This document shows, piece by piece, positions 8,208 through 16,349 of a stretch of DNA of 39,778 bases (positions are counted from its first letter, which is position 1; every line of letters begins with the position of its first letter). Both the position numbers and the translations under genes were made by a program. Location of the stretch: the NCBI GenBank assembly GCA_010027485.1, contig RGVC01000001.1, forward strand, positions 1 through 39,778, read 5' to 3'. The notes beneath the pieces are model-generated. The model worked only from the letters and a program-made list of their open reading frames with translations. It was not told the DNA's origin and searched no databases. The stretch comes from a bacterium (GTDB lineage: Bacteria > Patescibacteriota > Saccharimonadia > Saccharimonadales > UBA4665).

Positions 8208-10502
8208 TTATTTTTTTCGCCTTGGAGAGCGTTTTTTGAAGCCTCTTTTGGCCGGTGCGGCAGCTAATAACTCCTTAGCTTTGGCTTCATCGATAGTTTT
8301 TGGATCGACATCTTTAGCAATTCGAGCATTCTTTTTGCCGTCTGTTACATACGGTCCATAAGGACCATTTAATACTTTGATGCCACCTGGAAATTCATTG
8401 ATGTTTTTGGCGGCATCTTTGGCTAATTTTTCTTTGTATAATTCGCGAGCCTCGGCCTCTGTTATATCGTGAGGATCAAGTGGTTTAATCGACACATAAG
8501 TTTTATCTACTTGAATATATGGACCAAAACGGCCAATGTTGGCCATAATAGCCTGTCCGTCTTCGGTAGTACCGACTGTCTTAGGCAGTTTGAACATTTC
8601 TAGAGCCTGCTCAAGAGTAACGGTATCTATGGTAGCGCCTTTAGGTAGACTGGTAAATTTAGGCTTTTTGTCTTCGTCTTCGGTGTCACCCATCTGTAGC
8701 ATAGGCCCAAATCTTCCAAAACGAGCGAAAATGGGCTCACCACTTTTCGGGTCTTTACCAATCTCTCTAGCTTGTGCAACTTCTGCCCTTGGGATGTCTT
8801 CTGACTTCTCTATTAAAGGATGAAAATCTTTGTAAAAATCAGCAATCATATCATTCCAAGCCTGCTCTCCATCGGCTATATCATCAAATTGCTTCTCGAC
8901 TGACGCGGTAAAGTCATAATCAATGACGGCTGGAAAATTATTAACTAGAAAATCAGTGACGACTTCTGCGATTCCAGTTGGCACAAGTTTATTACGGTCA
9001 GCACCGTAGGTAACGGTATTTTTTTCTGAAGATATTTTCTTGTTTTTGAGTTTAATCTCTGTTACTTCTCTTTCATTACCTTCTAAATCGGTTTTTTCAA
9101 CATAACCACGCTTTTGAACTGTTGAAATAGTTGGCGCATAGGTACTTGGACGGCCAATGCCGAGTTCTTCAAGTTTTTTAACAAGCATAGCTTCTGAGTA
9201 GCGGGCTGGAGATCTAGCGAAGGTTTCGCTGGCTGTTGCCTGATCAAGATCAAGTTTTTGGCCTTCTTTTAACGGAGGTAGAATGGTGTCGTCTTTGCCT
9301 CCACCATAAACTTTCATAAAGCCATCGAATTGCAGTATTTCGCCTTTAGCGATGAATTTCTGTGGATTTTCTGTGTTTTTTATATGAAACTCGGTACGTT
9401 CGGTTTGAGCCGGTGTCATCTGCGAAGCTAGAGCTCTTTGCCAAATAAGATTATAAAGTTTAGCCTGAGAGGCATCGCTACCACCTGCAAGTCTATTGAA
9501 ATCTGTAGGCCTAATAGCCTCGTGTGCCTCTTGGGCGCTAGAGTTTTTGGTTTTGAACTGGCGGAATTTATGGTATTGATCACCATATTCCCTCTTTATA
9601 AAGCTCTCTGCAGCGTTTAAGGCATCTTTTGACAGCGTTAGACTATCTGTTCTCATGTAAGTGATTTGACCTGCCTCATAAAGCCTCTGAGCCAGTGTCA
9701 TAGTTTGACTTACGCTAAACCCTAATCGTCTAGATGCTTCCTGTTGTAAGGTTGAGGTAGTAAAAGGCGCACCTGGGCTGCGAGTACTTGGTTTTTGTTG
9801 AATTGATTCAACATGAAATTCGGCGTCAATTATACTTTCTAGCCAGTTTTCTGCCTCTTTTTGGCTGTCGAATTTGGTATCTAACTCAGCACTTATTTCG
9901 TGTTTATCAGCTATAAATATAGCCGTAGTCTTATAGGAGCTTTGAGCCTTAAAATCGCGTATTTCTCTTTCTCGTTCAACTATTAATCGTACTGCTACAG
10001 ACTGAACACGACCCGCGCTAAGCCCTGTTCTTACTTTTTTCCAAAGAATTGGTGATAGTTCATAGCCCACTAATCGATCAAGTACTCTTCTGGCCTGCTG
10101 GGCATCTACTAGTTTTAAGTCAATTGTTCGGGGCGCTTTAATGGCGTTTTCAATAGCTGTTTTTGTAATCTCGTGAAACAAAATCCTTTTGGTCTTAGTA
10201 GGGTCAAGTTTAAGGGCATTGGCGAGGTGCCAAGCAATGGCCTCTCCTTCGCGGTCTTCGTCACTCGCCAGCCAAACAACCTTATCTTTAGCGGCTTTTT
10301 TGAGCTCGTTGACGACTTTTTTCTTATCGTCACTTATCGCATAAGTTGGCTCAAATTTATTGTCAATATCAATATTAAGACCTTTTTTTGGCAAATCACG
10401 AATATGACCAAAGCTGCTTTTTACCATAAAGTCAGAGCCTAGGAATTTTTCAATAGTCTTGGCTTTCGCCGGACTTTCTACGATTACTAAATTTTTTGCC
10501 AT
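8208..10502 (-). CDS. topA: DNA topoisomerase I with Topo_C_Rpt-type C-terminus (no zinc fingers)
   Basis: LVIVESPAKAK, DEDREGEAI, SAGRVQS, ITYMRTDS and GIGRPSTY motifs; C-terminal GRFGP/GPYGPY repeats. Confidence 0.97.
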   Translation of the reverse strand: MAKNLVIVESPAKAKTIEKFLGSDFMVKSSFGHIRDLPKKGLNIDIDNKFEPTYAISDDKKKVVNELKKAAKDKVVWLASDEDREGEAIAWHLANALKLDPTKTKRILFHEITKTAIENAIKAPRTIDLKLVDAQQARRVLDRLVGYELSPILWKKVRTGLSAGRVQSVAVRLIVEREREIRDFKAQSSYKTTAIFIADKHEISAELDTKFDSQKEAENWLESIIDAEFHVESIQQKPSTRSPGAPFTTSTLQQEASRRLGFSVSQTMTLAQRLYEAGQITYMRTDSLTLSKDALNAAESFIKREYGDQYHKFRQFKTKNSSAQEAHEAIRPTDFNRLAGGSDASQAKLYNLIWQRALASQMTPAQTERTEFHIKNTENPQKFIAKGEILQFDGFMKVYGGGKDDTILPPLKEGQKLDLDQATASETFARSPARYSEAMLVKKLEELGIGRPSTYAPTISTVQKRGYVEKTDLEGNEREVTEIKLKNKKISSEKNTVTYGADRNKLVPTGIAEVVTDFLVNNFPAVIDYDFTASVEKQFDDIADGEQAWNDMIADFYKDFHPLIEKSEDIPRAEVAQAREIGKDPKSGEPIFARFGRFGPMLQMGDTEDEDKKPKFTSLPKGATIDTVTLEQALEMFKLPKTVGTTEDGQAIMANIGRFGPYIQVDKTYVSIKPLDPHDITEAEARELYKEKLAKDAAKNINEFPGGIKVLNGPYGPYVTDGKKNARIAKDVDPKTIDEAKAKELLAAAPAKRGFKKRSPRRKK

Positions 10503-10591
10503 GTCGTCGCTACCTATATAAACTTAAAAACCAAATTATTGCAACATATATATAAGAATAGCAATGTAAAAAATATCATTAACCAGTGGAT

Positions 10592-11455
10592 TTAAGCTAT
10601 TGTCCAGCTATTGGCCCCTAAAGCCCTAATCTTCCCTGTTATTTCAAGCATTGTCAGGGCTTGATTAAAGATACTTATATCGAGCTCGCTCATCTGTAGT
10701 AAATTTTCACCATTATTTTCACCTTTAACCATTAAATCAATTATTATTTGCTGATTTTTATTACTGCCTTTTGGCCTTTTTTTGGACATTTTTTTAGTTT
10801 CTAAGCCGAGTACTGCAAGTACATCTTCAATTTTAGTAATTGGGGTGGCGCCAGCTCTGATTAGACTATTAGTACCTTCTGATAATGGGTTATATATATC
10901 GCCTGGCACCGCTAAGACGTCTATCCCCTGCTCTAGTGCGAATCGAGCAGTGTGCATGGTGCCTGATTTTAAACTTGCTTCTGTGATTAGAACTGCATCC
11001 GCCAAGCCAGCCATTATCCGATTGCGAGCCACAAAATTTTGCTTAAATGTTGGCTGACTTGCTCCATACTCACTGATCAAAGTACCTCTGTTGTCGAGTA
11101 TATTTCGGGCTAAATTAAGATTTGATCTAGGCACAATTTGTTCAATACAACTAGGCAATACGGCTATGCACTGCCCTCCAGCTCTCAAGGCAGATTGATG
11201 AGCTGCAGTATCAACTCCCAGTGCTAAACCACTAATGATCACTATTCCTTGAGTGGCTAAATCGCTAGCAAGTTGCTCTGTAACTCGCCTGCCGTAGGCG
11301 CTCATTGACCGACTGCCAATAATAGTTACTCGAGGCTTATTTAATAGACACTCCAAGGGCTCTCCCTGCCAAAAAAGTTGCTTTGGAGGACTAGCTATAC
11401 GACTCAAACTACAGGGGTAGTCGGTATCGTTTTTAGACATTTTATTGATATTCAT
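10592..11455 (-). CDS. dprA: DNA-processing protein DprA
   Basis: IIGSR, ISGLALGVD, FVARNRIMAGL, SGTMHTA and AVPG motifs; C-terminal wHTH; adjacent to topA. Confidence 0.95.
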   Translation of the reverse strand: MNINKMSKNDTDYPCSLSRIASPPKQLFWQGEPLECLLNKPRVTIIGSRSMSAYGRRVTEQLASDLATQGIVIISGLALGVDTAAHQSALRAGGQCIAVLPSCIEQIVPRSNLNLARNILDNRGTLISEYGASQPTFKQNFVARNRIMAGLADAVLITEASLKSGTMHTARFALEQGIDVLAVPGDIYNPLSEGTNSLIRAGATPITKIEDVLAVLGLETKKMSKKRPKGSNKNQQIIIDLMVKGENNGENLLQMSELDISIFNQALTMLEITGKIRALGANSWTIA

Positions 11456-11474
11456 ACAATAATATTTTTTAGTA

Positions 11475-11503
11475 TTGACACAAGAACATGAATTTGCTAT
11501 TAT
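11475..11503 (+). promoter_or_regulatory. Near-consensus sigma70 promoter driving the candidate ncRNA
   Basis: TTGACA (11475-11480), 17-nt spacer, TGC before TATTAT (11498-11503), which is also an extended -10. Confidence 0.8.
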
Positions 11504-11509
11504 AGCAAC

Positions 11510-11910
11510 CTGTGAGTTAAATATGTTATTTAGCTCAAGTACATTTCAACCTTATTCTAATGCCTGTCTTGTCAGCCAAGACAGGAGTAACGTTAGACTG
11601 TTTTAGAGCGGCTTTTGTAAAGTAGTTACCCTCCACTTAACTCTAGCTGTTAGCCCTTAAAGCTAACACGTTCTAAAACACACTAACCCCTTTAACTAGA
11701 TTCCTCGATTACTTGTTCGCAAGTCGTCTCGGGGTCCCCGATTCAATGTGAGCCTAAATGGTAATTGGTTGATTTATCAACTGATTGACACGAGTCACAA
11801 TTATATAGACTTTGATGTTTCACCGGGGTGGGTTGAAGGGATGGGCATAACTTGTTTATGCCTATAAATGAGCCTCCAGCGGTGCCCACCCCCTCTGGAG
11901 GCTCTTTTTA
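11510..11910 (+). ncRNA. Candidate large structured non-coding RNA of unknown family
   Basis: No substantial ORF; about ten helices including two long-range closing stems and several G-U pairs; bounded by a promoter and an intrinsic terminator. Ends are approximate. Confidence 0.7.
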
Positions 11911-11913
11911 TTT
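11870..11913 (+). terminator. Intrinsic terminator
   Basis: GAGCCTCCAG (11870-11879) pairs with CTGGAGGCTC (11895-11904), followed by TTTTTATTT. Confidence 0.85.
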
Positions 11914-12004
11914 AGTATCAAATAAGTATTTTTAGCCAATAAATTCATTAAATGTTAATTATTTTTCGGAACTAAGTTTAGCGTGTGGTATATTAACTAT
12001 CTAT

Positions 12005-12301
12005 ATGGAGCATAACAAAAACACCGCAACTGTTATTTTTAACGAGGCCGAACTAGATGCTATGCCCGGCATGGTGCGAGAAATAGATGACCAAACAGTG
12101 CCTCAAGTACTAGGAGTTGTTCATAAATTAGGCAATCAGTGCATTCAGGAGTTAATAGGAACTGGCACAAAAAGCCCAATTTTCAGCGATAAGACCAGAG
12201 CTGAAGCCATAAAAGATAAGCTTGCGAAATTGCGATCTATCTATGAAGATTTAGAAAATATCGAGCCCGAAAATCAGCTAGTAATTCCCGGCATTTCTTA
12301 A
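12005..12301 (+). CDS. Small hypothetical protein
   Basis: 98-codon ORF with TGGTATATT (extended -10-like) 10 nt upstream of the ATG; stops 3 nt from the pth stop. Confidence 0.6.
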   Translation: MEHNKNTATVIFNEAELDAMPGMVREIDDQTVPQVLGVVHKLGNQCIQELIGTGTKSPIFSDKTRAEAIKDKLAKLRSIYEDLENIEPENQLVIPGIS

Positions 12302-12304
12302 ATT

Positions 12305-12946
12305 TTAGACTAGAAAGTTTCTGGTGTCATGGGGTAATTCACCGCTATAAATGTATTCGTTAAGCATGGCATTTACTTCTTTTTTTAGTTCTAGTAAGTG
12401 CGTTTGCTCTTCTTTTGAAAAATTCTGTAAAACAAAATCTTCACTCTTAATTTTTTCTGGGTGTTTTGGGCCAATTCCAACGCGGATTCGAGCGTAATTT
12501 TCGCCAATTGCACTAGACAGTGATTTTACGCCGTTGTGTCCGGCGCTCGACCCGCCTTTTCGTACTCTGATATTGCCAAAATCGATATCAAGCTCGTCAT
12601 GAATAACTACAATTTGATCAATGTTAATTTTATAAAATTGGGCTACAGCTTGCACTGATTCGCCACTTAAATTCATGTAGGTTTGAGGCTTCATTGTAAT
12701 TATGCGATTAGCGCCCAGTTGGCCTATGCTAAGTTGGCATTTCAGGTCTTTTTTATTCATCCATGATTGCATTTCAGAGTTTTTTTCGACGAATTCATCT
12801 AAACACATAAAACCGACATTGTGACGAGTAATCTTATATTCTTCACCAGGATTACCCAGGCCAATTATAAGGATATTTTGTGAGCTACTTACGCTGTAAT
12901 AATTTACTGGGTCGCTAGAGCTTGGGCGTTGAGATAGCCATGACAT
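12305..12946 (-). CDS. pth: Peptidyl-tRNA hydrolase
   Basis: IIGLGNPG, TRHNVGF, KPQTYMNLSG, HDELD and GHNGVKS motifs. Confidence 0.97.
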   Translation of the reverse strand: MSWLSQRPSSSDPVNYYSVSSSQNILIIGLGNPGEEYKITRHNVGFMCLDEFVEKNSEMQSWMNKKDLKCQLSIGQLGANRIITMKPQTYMNLSGESVQAVAQFYKINIDQIVVIHDELDIDFGNIRVRKGGSSAGHNGVKSLSSAIGENYARIRVGIGPKHPEKIKSEDFVLQNFSKEEQTHLLELKKEVNAMLNEYIYSGELPHDTRNFLV

Positions 12947-12950
12947 ATTA

Positions 12951-14339
12951 CTATTCTATCTCAATTGCAGTTTCTTTGGCTTTGTTATTGGGGTGAGATG
13001 GCGACTGGCCGACTTTATGAGTAACGTGTTTCTCTATAAACCATAGCTGTATTGGGGTGCCTTCGTAGCCATATGTTTCGCGTAGTTTGCGATCTAGATA
13101 GCGTTTATAGCTCCAGTGCAGGAATTTGGTATGACTACCAAATATCTTAAATGCCGGAATTGGATTATCGTCTTCTTGTACCATGTAATTTAGCTTAGGG
13201 TTACGGTTTTTTAGGCCGGCCGGTGGATGTTTGTCGACTGCTTGGCGAAGCCATTTATTGAGTTCAGGTGTGGCAATGCGCTTGGCTCGTTGTTCGTCAA
13301 TATCTTGAGCTAAATCGAATAATTTTGCCACATTCTGACCCGTTACGGAGCTGGTGAAAACAAGCGGCGCCCAGGCAGTAAAATCAAAATCATGGGCTAA
13401 TTTTTGCGCCAGCCCATCTCTTGTAAAGGCATCTTTTTCTTCCACAGCATCCCACTTACTAATAACAATTATCATGCCCTTACCGGCTTCTTTGACCATA
13501 CCAGCTATTTTTTGATCTAATTGAACACCTAATTCATTGGCATCAATAAGCATTAAGCAAATGTCTGCCTGCTCAATTGCAGCTAAGGCCCGAATAACGC
13601 TAAAACGCTCAATACCTACTTTTATTTTACCGCTGCGGCGTATACCGGCAGTATCAAGTAATTCTATTTCTCGACCCTTATATTTAATAAGAGCACGATT
13701 AACGTCTCTGGTGGTACCAGCTAAGTCTGCTACAATCGCCTGTTGCTTCTTGGCTAAGGTGTTAAACAATCTTGATTTACCTACATTAGGACGACCAACA
13801 ATGGCTATTCTGAGCCGGCCATCATCGTCTTTTAGGCTTACCTTGGGTAGATTGTCGGCTAAATTAATAAGAAGCTGATCTATGCCTTTTTTCTGAGTGC
13901 AAGATGTTTTTATGATGGTAGCTATGCCAAGCCGTTGGAAGTAGTCTAGAGTTTCGCCTTTGGCTTGGTCGATTTTATTGATTACCAAAAATACTGGTTT
14001 TTTAGATTTCAAAGCCATCTTGGCGACTCGACGGTCATCGTCTGAAATAGCTGTTCCAGCTTCTACGACGACAAGTATAATATCGGCGCTGTCAGCGGCC
14101 TGAGTAATCTGCTCTTGGATTGTGAATTCGAAGTCATCCTCTGGGTCTTTAATGCCAGCAGTATCAACAAGCCAGAAATTCTGACCCTCATATTCTGCCT
14201 TTGCCATGATGCTATCGCGCGTAGTACCTGCTTCACGGGCAACAATTGCCTCTCGGCGTTCTAATACGGCATTAAACAAACTGGACTTGCCAACATTAGC
14301 CCGTCCAACGATTGCCACAATAGGAATTTTTTTAGCCAT
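12951..14339 (-). CDS. der: Ribosome biogenesis GTPase Der (EngA)
   Basis: Two G domains (GRANVGKS...DTAG and GRPNVGKS...DTAG) and a C-terminal KH-like domain. Confidence 0.97.
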   Translation of the reverse strand: MAKKIPIVAIVGRANVGKSSLFNAVLERREAIVAREAGTTRDSIMAKAEYEGQNFWLVDTAGIKDPEDDFEFTIQEQITQAADSADIILVVVEAGTAISDDDRRVAKMALKSKKPVFLVINKIDQAKGETLDYFQRLGIATIIKTSCTQKKGIDQLLINLADNLPKVSLKDDDGRLRIAIVGRPNVGKSRLFNTLAKKQQAIVADLAGTTRDVNRALIKYKGREIELLDTAGIRRSGKIKVGIERFSVIRALAAIEQADICLMLIDANELGVQLDQKIAGMVKEAGKGMIIVISKWDAVEEKDAFTRDGLAQKLAHDFDFTAWAPLVFTSSVTGQNVAKLFDLAQDIDEQRAKRIATPELNKWLRQAVDKHPPAGLKNRNPKLNYMVQEDDNPIPAFKIFGSHTKFLHWSYKRYLDRKLRETYGYEGTPIQLWFIEKHVTHKVGQSPSHPNNKAKETAIEIE

Positions 14340-14402
14340 ATTACGACATTATAACAGATAAGCGACTATTGACAAAGTGACATTGCGATATTTTAATAAA
14401 CT

Positions 14403-15059
14403 TCAGATTTCTTTTATATGGCCTGACTTTAGTTCGCCTAATTTATAATTACCAAAATTAGTGCGATGTAATTTCATTACGCTGTACCCGAGTGACTCAA
14501 ATGTGCGTCTAATTTGTCTATTACGGCCTTCATGCATTACCACTTCCCATTTAATCCCATCATCATCCAGTTTAGCTAACCTAAGCCGACTCAAGCCGTC
14601 TTCCAGTTGCACGCCCGGTGCTTGTATTATTTGTTGATGCAAAGGCTGTAAGGGCCTATCTAGAGCTATCTCATAGCGTTTTAATTTAACTTTACTAGGA
14701 TGAGTTAGTTCATACGCTAAATTGCCGTCAGAAGTTAACAGAATAATGCCTGATGAGTTTTTGTCTAGCCGACCAACGGTTTTTAGATGTTGGTATTTTT
14801 CAGGCAATAGCTCATATATAGTTTTACTTCCCTGCCCGTTCTTACTACATACATAACCAAATGGTTTATTAACTAGTATTGTAAGGCTAGGTTGAGGTGT
14901 AACTAACTTGCCATCTACTGCTACTTGGTCTGATTCATCTACTTCCTGACCACGTACAGCAACAGCACCATTTACAGTAATAGTGCTCTCGTCAATCATG
15001 GTATCTACTGCACGTCGACTAAAGCCCGTTGCTTGGGCAATGTATTTATTGATTCGCAT
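14403..15059 (-). CDS. rRNA pseudouridine synthase, RsuA/RluB family
   Basis: N-terminal S4 domain (MRINKYIA..SRR), GRLDKNSSG and EGRNRQIRR motifs. Confidence 0.93.
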   Translation of the reverse strand: MRINKYIAQATGFSRRAVDTMIDESTITVNGAVAVRGQEVDESDQVAVDGKLVTPQPSLTILVNKPFGYVCSKNGQGSKTIYELLPEKYQHLKTVGRLDKNSSGIILLTSDGNLAYELTHPSKVKLKRYEIALDRPLQPLHQQIIQAPGVQLEDGLSRLRLAKLDDDGIKWEVVMHEGRNRQIRRTFESLGYSVMKLHRTNFGNYKLGELKSGHIKEI

Positions 15060-15066
15060 AAACTAA

Positions 15067-16293
15067 TTATAGAGCAATATTTGGATCAAAGGGTTTTTCT
15101 GGAGCCTTAGCTGGTTCAGCAGGAGCCTCTGCTGCAGGTGTTACGGCCTCGGCAGGAGCTGGTGTTTGAGGAGTTCCATCGGTTGTAGCTTCCCTAGGAG
15201 TTGGCGTAGCTTCTGTTGGGGTTTCTGGATCAGGAGTGCTAGAAGGCGTTTCTGGAGTCTCTGGTGCTGGTTCAGCTGGCGCGGGTGTTTCTTCCTCGGC
15301 AGGAGCCTCTGCTGCAGGTGTTGCAGCCTCAGCAGGTGCTGGTGTTTCTGCTGGAGTCTCTGGTGCTGCTTCGGGTGTTTTGGCTTCTTGCGCCTCTTCT
15401 GCAGCTAGTAATTCGTTGATATCTTTTTCGGGTTTTGTTTCTATAGGTTCAATAACTTTCATGCCACTTGATGTGGCGGCGGGTGCATCGCTAGAGCTTC
15501 CAGCTTGATCTGATTCTGGTGTTTTAGCTAATAAGTTATCTACCGCATCTGTTAATACTTGGCTGTCATTTTCGGGCGCAGCGGGTGCTGTTGCTGTAGC
15601 TTCAGGGGCACCTCCAGCATTACCATTAGCAGCTTCTGTAGCGCCAGCTACAATACTTTCAATACTAGAGTCATTTGTCTTTGCGACAGCCTCATCTGTA
15701 GTTGCTGGTTCAGCTGGCGCGGGAGCGGTATCTGTTGGAGTTTCTGGTGTTGGAACAGTCGCCGGAGTGCTAGAAGGCTCTTCTGTAGCCGCTGGTGCAG
15801 GAGTTTCGACTGGCGGTACTACAGGTGTCGGTGTCGGTTCTGCCGCCGGCACCGCTGGCGCTGGCGTGGCCTCTGCTGGCGCTGGAGCATCAGTTGTACC
15901 AGCTGGAGCTGGCGCAGCGTCGCCTTGGTCACCTAGCATTTCATGAGCTGCCTTTACAATATCCTCCAAGGTAACTTGTGATTTAACCAAGTATTTATTG
16001 GCGCCTAATTTGTCAGCGCGTTCTTGTTCGTCACTCTGACCTAGAGCAGTCAGCATAATAATCTTTACATCTTTCATGCCTTCGGTGTTACGGATAATAT
16101 CGAGCATTTCAAAACCACTTATTTTTGGCATCATTACGTCAGAGATTATTAAATCGGGTTTTTCGGCTTTACCTGTCACTAAAGCTTCTTCGCCGTCTGC
16201 GGCGGTAACTACCTCGTAGCCTTCGGCTTGCATACGGGCAGCATAAATCTCTCTAAGGTTATTATCGTCTTCTACTAACATTACTTTTGGCAT
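15067..16293 (-). CDS. Response regulator receiver domain with a long Pro/Ala/Thr/Glu-rich tail
   Basis: VEDD, D(VMMP), T and K receiver motifs in residues 1-120; the rest is low-complexity. Confidence 0.9.
   Translation of the reverse strand: MPKVMLVEDDNNLREIYAARMQAEGYEVVTAADGEEALVTGKAEKPDLIISDVMMPKISGFEMLDIIRNTEGMKDVKIIMLTALGQSDEQERADKLGANKYLVKSQVTLEDIVKAAHEMLGDQGDAAPAPAGTTDAPAPAEATPAPAVPAAEPTPTPVVPPVETPAPAATEEPSSTPATVPTPETPTDTAPAPAEPATTDEAVAKTNDSSIESIVAGATEAANGNAGGAPEATATAPAAPENDSQVLTDAVDNLLAKTPESDQAGSSSDAPAATSSGMKVIEPIETKPEKDINELLAAEEAQEAKTPEAAPETPAETPAPAEAATPAAEAPAEEETPAPAEPAPETPETPSSTPDPETPTEATPTPREATTDGTPQTPAPAEAVTPAAEAPAEPAKAPEKPFDPNIAL
15119..15778. repeat. Internal duplications in the receiver protein tail
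   Basis: 15119-15167 vs 15299-15347 (45/49); 15265-15285 = 15703-15723 (21 bp exact); 15233-15247 = 15764-15778 (15 bp exact). Confidence 0.8.
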
Positions 16294-16349
16294 ATTGACC
16301 TCTGATGTAAATTGGTTATGGTTATTAATTTTAATTGTATCATAACATT

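Noticed and set aside
11540..11550. ATTTCAAC resembling a CRISPR repeat end
   Set aside because: No regularly spaced repeats and no cas genes in the window.
11560..11625. 21-codon ORF (MPVLSAKTG...) inside the candidate RNA
   Set aside because: Very short, starts in a stable hairpin and has no ribosome-binding signal.
11510..11910. Assignment of the structured RNA to RNase P RNA, tmRNA, SRP, 6S or a T-box
   Set aside because: I could not find the diagnostic conserved motifs on either strand, and the multi-branched 400-nt fold does not fit a 6S or SRP rod. A very divergent member cannot be excluded without cmscan.
14369..14397. Antisense promoter TTGACA-17-TTTAAT pointing into the pseudouridine synthase gene
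   Set aside because: Lacks the key -11 A and overlaps the likely -35 of the der promoter on the other strand.
15166..15936. Plus-strand ORFs rich in Cys/Arg/Trp or Gly/Ala/Ser
   Set aside because: Antisense shadows of the low-complexity receiver tail.
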